Source: a virus
Reading direction: 5' to 3' (one strand)
DNA length: 64,000 nt
IMG/VR virus record: IMGVR_UViG_3300037264_001603
Location: 1-64,000 of that record
The notes below the pieces were generated by a model. That model was not told where the DNA came from. It ran no database searches and saw only the letters and a list, made by a program, of their open reading frames with translations. A program made the position numbers and the translations under genes. Numbering within the stretch: the first letter of the stretch is position 1; every line of letters begins with the position of its first letter. This document shows positions 8,975-17,847 of this stretch, one piece after another.

Positions 8975-9444
8975 TGAAATCTCATGTAATAGCACTAATG
9001 GCAACAGTGCTGATGTTGATTGGCTGCCCTCCCGCGAGTGCAGGTTCTTTAGCAGGAGATACCCGATTTACCCGCAGTGGGTCTAATTTGGGACTTACCG
9101 CAGAAGAAGTAATCGACAAAAATGGCCAACCAGCCGATCGCCAAGCAGACGGCTGTGCAGTTCCGTTATTCATTGAGGGGCGCGACCCGATCCCCGTGCC
9201 AGGCGAGGCCTGGATGTATGGTGCTCAGGGTGAGAATGCTATGGCACAACTTTCCCTTTGCATGGTCCAAGGCTACGTAGTAGCTGAGAAGTCTCAGTGG
9301 ATGGACGGCGACGGCGCGAGAATCACAATGGGCTCCGTCGAAAGTATTGATCAGGGCTTACTAAAAAAGGCATTGAAGGATGCATTACAAAATTCTACTC
9401 AGGAACAAAGACAATTGCCGCAAGGCGACGAGATCGAAATCTAA
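8974..9444 (+). CDS. secreted protein or lipoprotein
   Basis: N-terminal signal sequence with LIGC. Confidence 0.6.
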   Translation: MKSHVIALMATVLMLIGCPPASAGSLAGDTRFTRSGSNLGLTAEEVIDKNGQPADRQADGCAVPLFIEGRDPIPVPGEAWMYGAQGENAMAQLSLCMVQGYVVAEKSQWMDGDGARITMGSVESIDQGLLKKALKDALQNSTQEQRQLPQGDEIEI

Positions 9445-9514
9445 CACTGTTGCCAAACAGATCAATTAAAGCCGAGGTGGAACCCCTGGGCTACTTTTAC
9501 ATAAGGACCAAGCA

Positions 9515-9838
9515 ATGACTACAGAGTACGTTGATAGATTGCCCGATAATCTAACGGCCGGAACCAAGGGTGTAATGGCTGTTGCTGTCAAGACGGAAAA
9601 AGGATACACCCTCACCCGGGAGTTTGGATTCACGGTAGAAGAAGAGAACGGACATGTTCTCGCGTTTGATTTCCTAGAGCACCCAGACCTTGGAATTGCG
9701 GTGCTGTTTGGAAGCCAGGTATTTGCACTCAAGTTTTGGACGGACGCGGATCTCCACAAAGGGACCGAAATCTTCACCAAGGCTGCGACTGCTGAACTAG
9801 AGAGGAGAAAGAGTCTTGAACCTCAAACAACCGCTTAA
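9515..9838 (+). CDS. hypothetical protein
   Basis: AAGGA SD. Confidence 0.65.
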   Translation: MTTEYVDRLPDNLTAGTKGVMAVAVKTEKGYTLTREFGFTVEEENGHVLAFDFLEHPDLGIAVLFGSQVFALKFWTDADLHKGTEIFTKAATAELERRKSLEPQTTA

Positions 9839-10604
9839 TCGTTACATTGATCACACCTTACTAAAGCCAGACGCCACCCTACAAGATTTCCAGAAGCTGG
9901 TGGACGAAGCAGTCAAGTACAACTTTGCATCCGTCTGTGTCTCTCCCTTCATGGCTGGTCCTGCCGTCAATGCATTGAAGGAACACCCGGATATCAAGAT
10001 TTGCACGGTGGTTGGTTTTCCCCACGGCAACATTCCTTTCCCATTGAAGGTTCAGGAAACCGAGTACCTCATTGAGCAGGGTGCCCATGAGATCGACTTT
10101 GTAATCAATGTTGGTCTATTGAAATCTGGAATGTACGATAACGTAGGTAGCGAGATAGAACACATCGGACACATTTGCCATAAGGCGGGGGTGATTTCCA
10201 AGTGTATTATTGAGACTGCCTACCTTACCGAGGACGAAAAGTCTTTCATGTTCCGGGCTCTGGCAGAAAGAACGCTGGTCGACTTCATTAAGACCAGTAC
10301 AGGTTACGGCCCCGACGGGGCAAACCTTCGGGACGTTCTGGACTGGAATGCACGACGAAGTTTGTTCGAGGAGAAGACCGCCAGTCGAGTACTTTTCCTG
10401 ACCTCGGCCACGTTCGCCGGGGCGCAACGTGAAGGAAAGCCCATGCAGATTAAAGCAGCGGGCGGTATTCGAGACCTAGACACCGCACTCAAGTTCATTG
10501 CGTGCGGTGCCGATCGGCTCGGTATGAGTGCTTCTGTGAAAGTAATGGAGGAATGGAATGCTCGGAATTCCCAAACTTTCACCGGAGGAGAAGAGCAAGC
10601 TTGA
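9816..10604 (+). CDS. deoC: deoxyribose-phosphate aldolase
   Basis: IDHTLLKP, VVGFPHG, EIDFV, FIKTSTG, IKAAGGIR, GADRLGMS. Confidence 0.93.
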   Translation: MNLKQPLNRYIDHTLLKPDATLQDFQKLVDEAVKYNFASVCVSPFMAGPAVNALKEHPDIKICTVVGFPHGNIPFPLKVQETEYLIEQGAHEIDFVINVGLLKSGMYDNVGSEIEHIGHICHKAGVISKCIIETAYLTEDEKSFMFRALAERTLVDFIKTSTGYGPDGANLRDVLDWNARRSLFEEKTASRVLFLTSATFAGAQREGKPMQIKAAGGIRDLDTALKFIACGADRLGMSASVKVMEEWNARNSQTFTGGEEQA

Positions 10605-10827
10605 TAGGTTGATTTCAAACATCCAGAGAACATCGGGTTCTAAAAAGCCTACCGATTCTCAGCGCTGGTTCATGAAGCATCAACTCAGGGTTCTCCTGAT
10701 AAGGCTTGGTGAGCCCCGAAGACCAGACTTGGACCTTCGTGAACAGGCACTGAAGATTATCAACGACGGATGGCCTTTCAAGATCTATAGGCTGAGGAAG
10801 CTAATCAAAAATGGACGACGAGGGTAG
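10558..10827 (+). CDS. small basic hypothetical protein
   Basis: GGAGG SD; overlaps the deoC end. Confidence 0.55.
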   Translation: MLGIPKLSPEEKSKLDRLISNIQRTSGSKKPTDSQRWFMKHQLRVLLIRLGEPRRPDLDLREQALKIINDGWPFKIYRLRKLIKNGRRG

Positions 10828-10952
10828 TAAACATCATAGTCTGAGTAGATTGCAAATCAAGTCTACTTCTCTAATCGGTGCAATACGACAAGACAACGCA
10901 CCACAAGCAAGCTACCCGTTCGCCTGCGGGCACGGGTATTAGGAGGACAACA

Positions 10953-11237
10953 ATGGTTGACGAGAAGCTGGAAATTCCAGAAGACAATACGTTGAATGTG
11001 GAGGGTAAGCCGAACGCTGCGCTTTGCCCCATTTGTACTACTGTTCTAGAGGACGCGGAGAAGGACTATTCCTACAGAAGGAACAATCCCGACACCCGCT
11101 GGTTCTTTTGCACGGACTGTGGATGCCACCTGGGCTACCACCGTATGAAGAAGAAGTGGAAGGTTGATCCCTACGATCTTAACGACAATAACAAAGTACG
11201 GGCGTACTTTGGGTTGGACCCTGTAACACCTGAGTAA
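10953..11237 (+). CDS. zinc-ribbon protein
   Basis: AGGAGG SD before ATG 10953; CPIC...CTDC. Confidence 0.7.
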   Translation: MVDEKLEIPEDNTLNVEGKPNAALCPICTTVLEDAEKDYSYRRNNPDTRWFFCTDCGCHLGYHRMKKKWKVDPYDLNDNNKVRAYFGLDPVTPE

Positions 11238-11247
11238 GGAGTTTTCC

Positions 11248-12222
11248 ATGAGTGAGGTTTTAGCTCTTAAGTATCGACCGAAGACCTTTGCAGAAGTAAT
11301 TGGTCAGAATCAGACTGTGAAGCAATTGCAGTCCGCATTAGAGAAGGAAACTTTAGGTCACGCACTGCTGTTCTGTGGCACACGGGGCACTGGGAAAACC
11401 ACCACGGCTCGTATTGTGGCCCGAGAACTAAACAGTCGCTTTCCGGATGTATTCGAGAATTGGGAAAACCGACAGCATTTGGTTCTTACCGAAATCGACG
11501 CAGCCTCCAACACAGGTGTGGATAATGTCCGAGAGCTGATTGAGAGTATTCGTTATGCTACTCAGGGACACCGCGTCGTGATCATCGACGAGGTTCACAT
11601 GCTTTCCAAGAACGCGTTCAACGCGCTCCTGAAGACGCTAGAGGAACCGCCTAAGGGTGTTACGTTCATTCTCTGCACTACAGAGCCCCATAAGCTACTG
11701 GACACTGTGAAGTCCCGCTGCCAGCTCTACGAGTTTCACGAAGTGGAACGCAAGACACTGGAAGCTTACTATGATCACATTATGGGACTTGAGGGTATCA
11801 AGGTTGACGTATCTGCGGCAGCATTGAAGGCCAACGGCAGTGTACGAGACGGACTGTCTATTCTCCAGAAGGCCCTTTCCGGAGAGGTAGAAGCAGACAA
11901 CTCCAAGACTTACTTCGAGTTGGTGGGTGCTATCTACAGCCAAGACATTACTACCGCCCTCTCCTTGGTTTCCGAGCTACGCAAAGCCGAAGAAGCTAGG
12001 GTGATTGTGCAGACGTTGGAGAAGTGGTTCTATTGGTGCTCGATGGAAGCCTTCGGCATGAAGACCCCCGTTCGAGACTTCTTTGGGGACGCACAACTCA
12101 GCTTTGACCTTTCGCACCTGCAGCGGCTGTTCGATTCTTGTCTAGAAGTGGAGCGGAACTTTACCGCTACCCCGAATAGCAAGATCGTGCTTGAGATGGG
12201 AGTAATGAAGCTTTGCCTGTAG
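11248..12222 (+). CDS. dnaX: DNA polymerase III clamp-loader gamma/tau-like subunit
   Basis: KYRP, GTRGTGKTT, EIDAAS, DEVHML, NALLKTLEEPP, SRC, GSVRD. Confidence 0.93.
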   Translation: MSEVLALKYRPKTFAEVIGQNQTVKQLQSALEKETLGHALLFCGTRGTGKTTTARIVARELNSRFPDVFENWENRQHLVLTEIDAASNTGVDNVRELIESIRYATQGHRVVIIDEVHMLSKNAFNALLKTLEEPPKGVTFILCTTEPHKLLDTVKSRCQLYEFHEVERKTLEAYYDHIMGLEGIKVDVSAAALKANGSVRDGLSILQKALSGEVEADNSKTYFELVGAIYSQDITTALSLVSELRKAEEARVIVQTLEKWFYWCSMEAFGMKTPVRDFFGDAQLSFDLSHLQRLFDSCLEVERNFTATPNSKIVLEMGVMKLCL

Positions 12223-12947
12223 AAGGATTCTACTACACCTACGGCGACGACGCCAACATGATTGAGAGGAAGTGGCTTCCTGATATTGAGAAGCGCTATC
12301 CTAGGGCCACGTGGTTGCGTTATGATGCCACGATAGACGACCTAAACGTTGGTGGGCTGGTAACGGAGTACCAAACTCATGATCTGTTCAGTCAAGGCAA
12401 AGTTATCGTCATTCGTAACGCGGATGCGAAACAAGCCCAAGTGGAAGCTCTCGCTGAGGAACTTCTTACTGCTCCTATGGCTGGTTGTGCCCTGGTCCTT
12501 ATTGCTGGTGGTTGGAATAAAACTACTCGGCTGGGGAAAATAGCCAAAGACAAGTTCGTGGTCAAGGAGTTTGCCAAGCCCGAACAAAAGCCCTTCGATT
12601 TGATCGACGCACTTAACACCAAGAACTCTACAATGGTGATGCGCCACAGCGATAGGCTTTTTGAAACGGACTACAACCCCCTGGCTATGTTCTCTTTGAT
12701 CTTTGGACACTTTCTCCTTTTGCGCCAAATCCACGAGCACAGACGTCTCTCTTCAGAAGATATTGCTCGGGAACTGAAGCAGCATTCTTTCCGAATCAAG
12801 AAAGCCATGGTGGCTTTCCGATATTGGGATAAGAACCAACTGGACGAGGCCCTTCGAATCTTGGGAAACCTGGATAGTCTGTTGCGCACTTGGCAATACG
12901 ACGAGCGAATGCTGCTCCAAATGACCTTGATAAAGTTGTGTTTGTAG
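12213..12947 (+). CDS. holA: clamp-loader delta-like subunit
   Basis: YxxYG, DLFSxGKVIVIRNA, PFDLIDAL, HSFRIKK; adjacent to dnaX. Confidence 0.75.
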   Translation: MPVEGFYYTYGDDANMIERKWLPDIEKRYPRATWLRYDATIDDLNVGGLVTEYQTHDLFSQGKVIVIRNADAKQAQVEALAEELLTAPMAGCALVLIAGGWNKTTRLGKIAKDKFVVKEFAKPEQKPFDLIDALNTKNSTMVMRHSDRLFETDYNPLAMFSLIFGHFLLLRQIHEHRRLSSEDIARELKQHSFRIKKAMVAFRYWDKNQLDEALRILGNLDSLLRTWQYDERMLLQMTLIKLCL

Positions 12948-12955
12948 CTTATGAT
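12927..12955 (+). promoter_or_regulatory. sigma70-like promoter
   Basis: TTGATA-17nt-TATGAT. Confidence 0.55.
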
Positions 12956-12971
12956 TTAGACTGAGGATATT

Positions 12972-13181
12972 ATGACAGAGCGCGAAGTAGTGATTTTTGT
13001 GGAAGAGAGGGCGCTGCAGGATACCAAGACCGTCTTTGCTGACGGAACCTGGGATACCGTCGATTTTCGAACCTTAGAAAGCTGTTACCAAAAGGGCTTC
13101 CTCCTGTGGGCGGGAGACAAACTGGTACTAAGTGATCTAGGCAAACGATCTTTTGGAGTACATAATGAACGACATCACTAA
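12972..13181 (+). CDS. small hypothetical protein (possible winged helix)
   Basis: GAGG SD; LSDLGK wing-like ending. Confidence 0.55.
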   Translation: MTEREVVIFVEERALQDTKTVFADGTWDTVDFRTLESCYQKGFLLWAGDKLVLSDLGKRSFGVHNERHH

Positions 13182-13470
13182 GGCCAGGCATTATTTGAAG
13201 AGCCGGGGTTCCAAACTCCAATCTCTTCCCACCTTTCCTTCTATGCTATCTTCAGCGGAACAAGAGTATCGCGATCTGAAGTTGCGCCAAGTTGGTAACA
13301 GGGAAGGAATCTCTTTCGAGGCCCGGGAAGTAGAAGCGGCTTTGGATTACGCTGTGTTGCGCTATCTCAAGCGGCACAATCAACTTCCTCCCAACATAAA
13401 GGACGCCTTTGATCCGGGGAACACCTTGGAGCTAAAGCGTAAACTGGCGATGGCATGGATGAACAGATAG
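13153..13470 (+). CDS. hypothetical protein
   Basis: Packed operon. Confidence 0.6.
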   Translation: MEYIMNDITKARHYLKSRGSKLQSLPTFPSMLSSAEQEYRDLKLRQVGNREGISFEAREVEAALDYAVLRYLKRHNQLPPNIKDAFDPGNTLELKRKLAMAWMNR

Positions 13471-13697
13471 CAGAAATCACCTTCCGGTGGATGGATGAGC
13501 GGAGATTTGGTTTTCTCTGGCAACACGACTTGGTATTGGTACACTATGAGAAAGACTATCAGACTTACCGGATCTTGACTGACCACAGCGACGACCAGCT
13601 ACCAGCCATCAATAACTGGATTACGGACAAACTGAAAGGGATTCGGGATGCGGACGAGGATACACCCTATCAAAAGAATCGGGATCGATCTAGATAG
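13455..13697 (+). CDS. hypothetical protein
   Basis: Packed operon. Confidence 0.55.
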   Translation: MDEQIAEITFRWMDERRFGFLWQHDLVLVHYEKDYQTYRILTDHSDDQLPAINNWITDKLKGIRDADEDTPYQKNRDRSR

Positions 13698-14268
13698 CAC
13701 CGTAGCGGACTATCTAACCGGAGCCATTCCGCTCCTTGAGCAACACTACGGTTTGGTGCCAGACTTGACCAAAGTCGCGTACACAATCGAAGAAGTATTC
13801 GGTTTGACGAAAGAAACTAGGCCCAAGGGAATGCGTGAGTTCCTGTATGAGGAACTGCACTTATTCCGCAAGCTTCCAAAGTTGGAAGAAGATATAGAGC
13901 TGCTGACAGTTCTATTGGCGCAGGATGGAGTAAAGATTTACTTCGTAACTGCCAGAACCGGATCGCGTACGATCCGCGAGGACACATTATTCTGGTTAGA
14001 TAGCAATGGTTTCCAGTATGATGATGTCTTTCATGTGGAAGACAAAGCTGATTTCTGTAAGAAGGCGCACATTCAAGTCATGCACGAGGATGAAATTGGA
14101 CAACTGCTCCGATTGCAAGAAGCGGGTGTAGCTGCCGTAATCAGAAATCAACCCTGGAATGCAAATCTCCCCAGCGACCCTCACCATTTGGAGGGGCAGA
14201 GAGGAAAGCAAGCCCGGGTGAATAATTGGCGAGAGGCTTACAGAGCCATTAAGGAGTTTTTAGAATGA
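13648..14268 (+). CDS. 5'(3')-deoxyribonucleotidase (HAD, NT5C-like)
   Basis: IGIDLDSTVAD, FVTAR, K, ED, QPWN. Confidence 0.85.
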   Translation: MRTRIHPIKRIGIDLDSTVADYLTGAIPLLEQHYGLVPDLTKVAYTIEEVFGLTKETRPKGMREFLYEELHLFRKLPKLEEDIELLTVLLAQDGVKIYFVTARTGSRTIREDTLFWLDSNGFQYDDVFHVEDKADFCKKAHIQVMHEDEIGQLLRLQEAGVAAVIRNQPWNANLPSDPHHLEGQRGKQARVNNWREAYRAIKEFLE

Positions 14269-14810
14269 AGTTTTACTTAAGCGGTGGAATGGAATACAAG
14301 AAGAATTTAGGAACTGTTTGGCGAGATTGGCTTACCGAAGAGCTTCAGAAACTTCACCACGATGCCATCAATCCAGTAAAGTTGGAAATGGCGGAAGAGG
14401 AAGAAGCAGAAGGTGACACGACCCGCCAGCCTATTCAAGCTCGTCTGTCTGAATTGAAGGCAGAAGGGAAGCTGAACGAAGTACGAAAGCTTGTTAGAAA
14501 GACTCTATTTCGTAAGGACATGTTCGCCATCCAGTTGGCAGACGCTATCGTAGTCTTTTACGACGAGTCTGTTCAAAAGGGTGCTGGGACTTTGTCTGAG
14601 GCCTGGGAAGCTTTCCGTGAGGGACGGCCAGTCTATCTGGTCACCGAGTTCCCCATGGAGAAGGTTCCCACATGGCTAATCGGAGAGACTACTGCCATCT
14701 TCAAGGATTTCGAAAGCTTCTTGGAGTATGTAAAGGATCACAGTCACATCATTCGTGATCAGATGCATGCCAAGCAGATTCGAGATGAGGTACTCGGCGG
14801 TCTCTACTAA
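14265..14810 (+). CDS. nucleoside 2-deoxyribosyltransferase/dNMP N-glycosidase family protein
   Basis: YLSGGME, WR, INP, D..AI..AD, GTLSE, GRPVY. Confidence 0.8.
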   Translation: MKFYLSGGMEYKKNLGTVWRDWLTEELQKLHHDAINPVKLEMAEEEEAEGDTTRQPIQARLSELKAEGKLNEVRKLVRKTLFRKDMFAIQLADAIVVFYDESVQKGAGTLSEAWEAFREGRPVYLVTEFPMEKVPTWLIGETTAIFKDFESFLEYVKDHSHIIRDQMHAKQIRDEVLGGLY

Positions 14811-14823
14811 AGGAGGTACCGCC

Positions 14824-15321
14824 GTGGATCCTACGGACGTACAGTCAGTTGAACACACGTTAGAAGTTCTGGGTAACGCGGGCGCGGTACCCGTAGTAAT
14901 CTTTCTTACCCAAATGGTCAAAAGTCGGGTTGGCGATTTCAAGTATGGCTCAGACCTACTTGCGCTAGCCATTGCTTTTGTTTTGTGCTTTGGGTGGACG
15001 TTCTACAACATGTCGCAGGAGGGCTTCTTCCTTTGGCAACAGATGAACAGCCTAGAGACCTTTAGGTGGGGCATTGACCAGTTGATTGTAGGTTTTGCCA
15101 CCTGGCTAGCCGCCAGCAAGATTTACGACCTCGGGCACGGAAACAAGAAGCGCACCCAACAGGTGGTCGCCCTTGAAGACGAGATCGTGAAGCTCCGAAA
15201 CGGCCACTCCAATGAAGAAGAGGAAGCCGACGACGAAGGCTCGGGAGAAGCGGATGGGCAAGCTAAGGAAGATTCTACAGTCTCTGATAAACTGCGTGAC
15301 ATTTTGGAAGGGAAGGACTAA
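14824..15321 (+). CDS. three-TM membrane protein with acidic tail (holin-like)
   Basis: AGGAGG SD; three hydrophobic segments, TQMVK motif. Confidence 0.55.
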   Translation: MDPTDVQSVEHTLEVLGNAGAVPVVIFLTQMVKSRVGDFKYGSDLLALAIAFVLCFGWTFYNMSQEGFFLWQQMNSLETFRWGIDQLIVGFATWLAASKIYDLGHGNKKRTQQVVALEDEIVKLRNGHSNEEEEADDEGSGEADGQAKEDSTVSDKLRDILEGKD

Positions 15322-15325
15322 ACAA

Positions 15326-15790
15326 GTGCCAGGAGTAGCAGACCAAATCGGTAAGACTCAGAAGAAGCAGGAGCAGAAGGCTAGACAAGCGGACATGAAA
15401 GAGCTTTTACGTATGGTCCAGGAAGGTAGACTTCATGAGGCCGACGAAAGGCAACTGGAGTCTCTCAAGTTAGCCTTAGAGATCAATACCCTCATAGGCG
15501 AGAAGTCCGCAGCTCCCGCGCCTACGATTGACCCTACCCAGCTAGTAGAGGCCGTCAAGCAGGCTATCACTGAGGGTATGTCTAACGTAACGATCAACGC
15601 GGTGTCTTCAGGCGACGCGATCAACGACCCCTCCCGCCCCCAGATGAAGCATGTATCACTGGCCGATCTCGTCCAGGATGATACCAAGGTGGACATCTCC
15701 CATAGTGAAGGTGTCAGCAAGGATGTTGCGGGTGGAGAAGCGTCTACCGACAAGCTAGAGCAGTTGAGGAAGCTTAAGGGCGGCAAGTAA
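15326..15790 (+). CDS. largely disordered protein near the actin-like gene
   Basis: AAGGA SD; ends in amphipathic DKLEQLRKLKGGK. Confidence 0.6.
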   Translation: MPGVADQIGKTQKKQEQKARQADMKELLRMVQEGRLHEADERQLESLKLALEINTLIGEKSAAPAPTIDPTQLVEAVKQAITEGMSNVTINAVSSGDAINDPSRPQMKHVSLADLVQDDTKVDISHSEGVSKDVAGGEASTDKLEQLRKLKGGK

Positions 15791-16554
15791 TGCCCAGCAA
15801 TATCAGCTCTATCCGGTTTGATGGCATTTCTGGCCAAATGACCGTAACTGATTACAAGGGCGTTACGGGTCGTATTCCACGCAGTATTGCCTTTTGGATG
15901 AAGACCCCCGCATCTGGAGTGGCCAATGAAGGCACCATCTGTTACTGGGGAAACGAACTAGATACAGGTTCTTTGCGAACAGGAACAACTACAAAGGTCG
16001 GACTTGTTTCTGGAGGTAAAGACGAAACACACGCCGCATTGTTTGGTTTAGGCTCCTTCCGAGAATCTGACGATGATGTGGGGGATGGTAAATGGCATCA
16101 CGTTTGTTTCACATGGCCAGGTGGGAAAAAAACCTACGGATCCTCGCAATGCTACATTGATGGGGCATTGAGTAATGGTCCGTCGGGAAAAGTTTCGGGC
16201 TCAGAGAACATAAACACGCCTGAAACACAAGATGTTACATTGGGATGTGAGCCGTCAGTGCTCTTTGGTAATCAAGAGTTCTTTGCCGGCCAATTAGATG
16301 ATTTCTGTATCTTCAGCACTGACATAGGAAGCGTGGGGGCATCTCAACTAGCCGCCAGTGGACATGGGAATATAGATATTGCGGCAAGTGGTATCTTCTC
16401 ATCAAACCTTGCGGTTTGGTATCGTATGGGCGATGTTCCTGGGGACACTGCGGGGGACAACGGGACCATCCAGGATGCTTCTGGGAATGGCAGAGATGCC
16501 GCAACAACGGCCGGTACTACCTTATTGGCAGATCCCGGACCGGAGGTGTACTAA
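15790..16554 (+). CDS. LamG-like virion protein
   Basis: SIRFDG, SIAFWMKT, DGKWHHVCFT, YIDG, FFAGQLDD, WYRMGD. Confidence 0.8.
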   Translation: MPSNISSIRFDGISGQMTVTDYKGVTGRIPRSIAFWMKTPASGVANEGTICYWGNELDTGSLRTGTTTKVGLVSGGKDETHAALFGLGSFRESDDDVGDGKWHHVCFTWPGGKKTYGSSQCYIDGALSNGPSGKVSGSENINTPETQDVTLGCEPSVLFGNQEFFAGQLDDFCIFSTDIGSVGASQLAASGHGNIDIAASGIFSSNLAVWYRMGDVPGDTAGDNGTIQDASGNGRDAATTAGTTLLADPGPEVY

Positions 16555-17846
16555 TGGTTGACCAGGAAAAACTTCACGAGTTGACCAAAGATGGAATTGT
16601 AACTACCGAAGATGGCATTCGAGTAATCGATGCCTCCAGGCTGGACGGGCCGCAAAGGCTACGTGCAGCACCAGAAAAGCGACAGCCACGAAAAGTTGCC
16701 CCGCCACCGCCTGCTCCGGAACCTGAGCCGGTGGAAGAAGTAGTAGAGGGGCCCAAGGTCTTACTGCCTCCTGATATGCAACAACGGGAGTCATTGAACA
16801 CCCAGTTCAAGAAGGAGTTTACCATGAATGAAGAAAACGTACCGAAGGGAGTAGGCTTGGACGTAGGAACCTCCTTTTTGGTTTCTGGACGATTCAACCA
16901 AGGCGGAACCGTTGACTACCGAAAGGTACGCGACTGCTTTCTCCACATTCCTTTCAAGAGCCCTATCAATCAGAAAATGATTCAGAAGGGGCTGAATGAT
17001 CGACAGGTGCCCTACATTGCCCAAGAGGATGGGTTTTACGTTCTCGGTGAAGATGCATTCATTATGGCCAATGAGCGCCATCAGGAAACTCGACGCCCCA
17101 TGAACCGCGGGGTCCTTTCTCCCAAGGAAAAGGCGGCGTTCCCGATCCTCAAGTCTTTGATCGACCTTGTAGTAGGTCCGCCACGAGTACCGGGGGAGCG
17201 TTTGGTATTCTCCGTACCGGCGAAGCCCATTGATGCCCAGTTCGATCAGGTCTTTCATCAGGACATGCTGCGCTCCTTCATCGCTAGTAAGGGATACGAG
17301 GCCGTGCCTATGAACGAAGCCGAGGCCCTGGCTTATTCCGAGCTTCTCAATGAGGGGCTTACGGGTATTGCCATTTCCTGTGGCGCAGGCATGATGAACG
17401 TAGTAGTCATGTCCTCTGGTGATCCGGTGGTAGCTTTCAGTACCAGCCGCTCCGGCGATTGGATCGATGAACAGGCCGCTATCGCTACGGACATGACGCG
17501 AGCCTTAGTCCAGCAAGAGAAGGAAGGTTCCGAGTTGGACCTAATGTCGCCGGACCCGAGTAATCAGATTCATCAGGCCATTGCTGTTTACTACGGAAAC
17601 CTCTTGGTGTACACGCTAGAGAACATTGCCCACGATCTTGCTCGTTCTCCTGCGCTGCCCAAGTTCAAGGCTCCGATTCCTTTGGTAGTTGGCGGGGGTA
17701 CTTCCCTCCCGCGTGGATTCCTAGACAAATTCAAGCAGGCTCTGGGGGCCGTAGCGATGCCTGTTGAGATTAGTGAGGTACGCCACGCCGCAGACCCGCT
17801 CCATGCGGTAGCACACGGACTTACGTTAGCCGCATCTATGGAGTAG
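16554..17846 (+). CDS. actin-superfamily ATPase (MreB/MamK/Mad28-like) with Pro-rich N-terminal extension
   Basis: GLDVGT (phosphate 1), RRPM, FSVPA, NEAEA, SCGAG (phosphate 2), GDWID, VGGGTS, AVAHG. Confidence 0.85.
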   Translation: MVDQEKLHELTKDGIVTTEDGIRVIDASRLDGPQRLRAAPEKRQPRKVAPPPPAPEPEPVEEVVEGPKVLLPPDMQQRESLNTQFKKEFTMNEENVPKGVGLDVGTSFLVSGRFNQGGTVDYRKVRDCFLHIPFKSPINQKMIQKGLNDRQVPYIAQEDGFYVLGEDAFIMANERHQETRRPMNRGVLSPKEKAAFPILKSLIDLVVGPPRVPGERLVFSVPAKPIDAQFDQVFHQDMLRSFIASKGYEAVPMNEAEALAYSELLNEGLTGIAISCGAGMMNVVVMSSGDPVVAFSTSRSGDWIDEQAAIATDMTRALVQQEKEGSELDLMSPDPSNQIHQAIAVYYGNLLVYTLENIAHDLARSPALPKFKAPIPLVVGGGTSLPRGFLDKFKQALGAVAMPVEISEVRHAADPLHAVAHGLTLAASME

Positions 17847-17847
17847 A

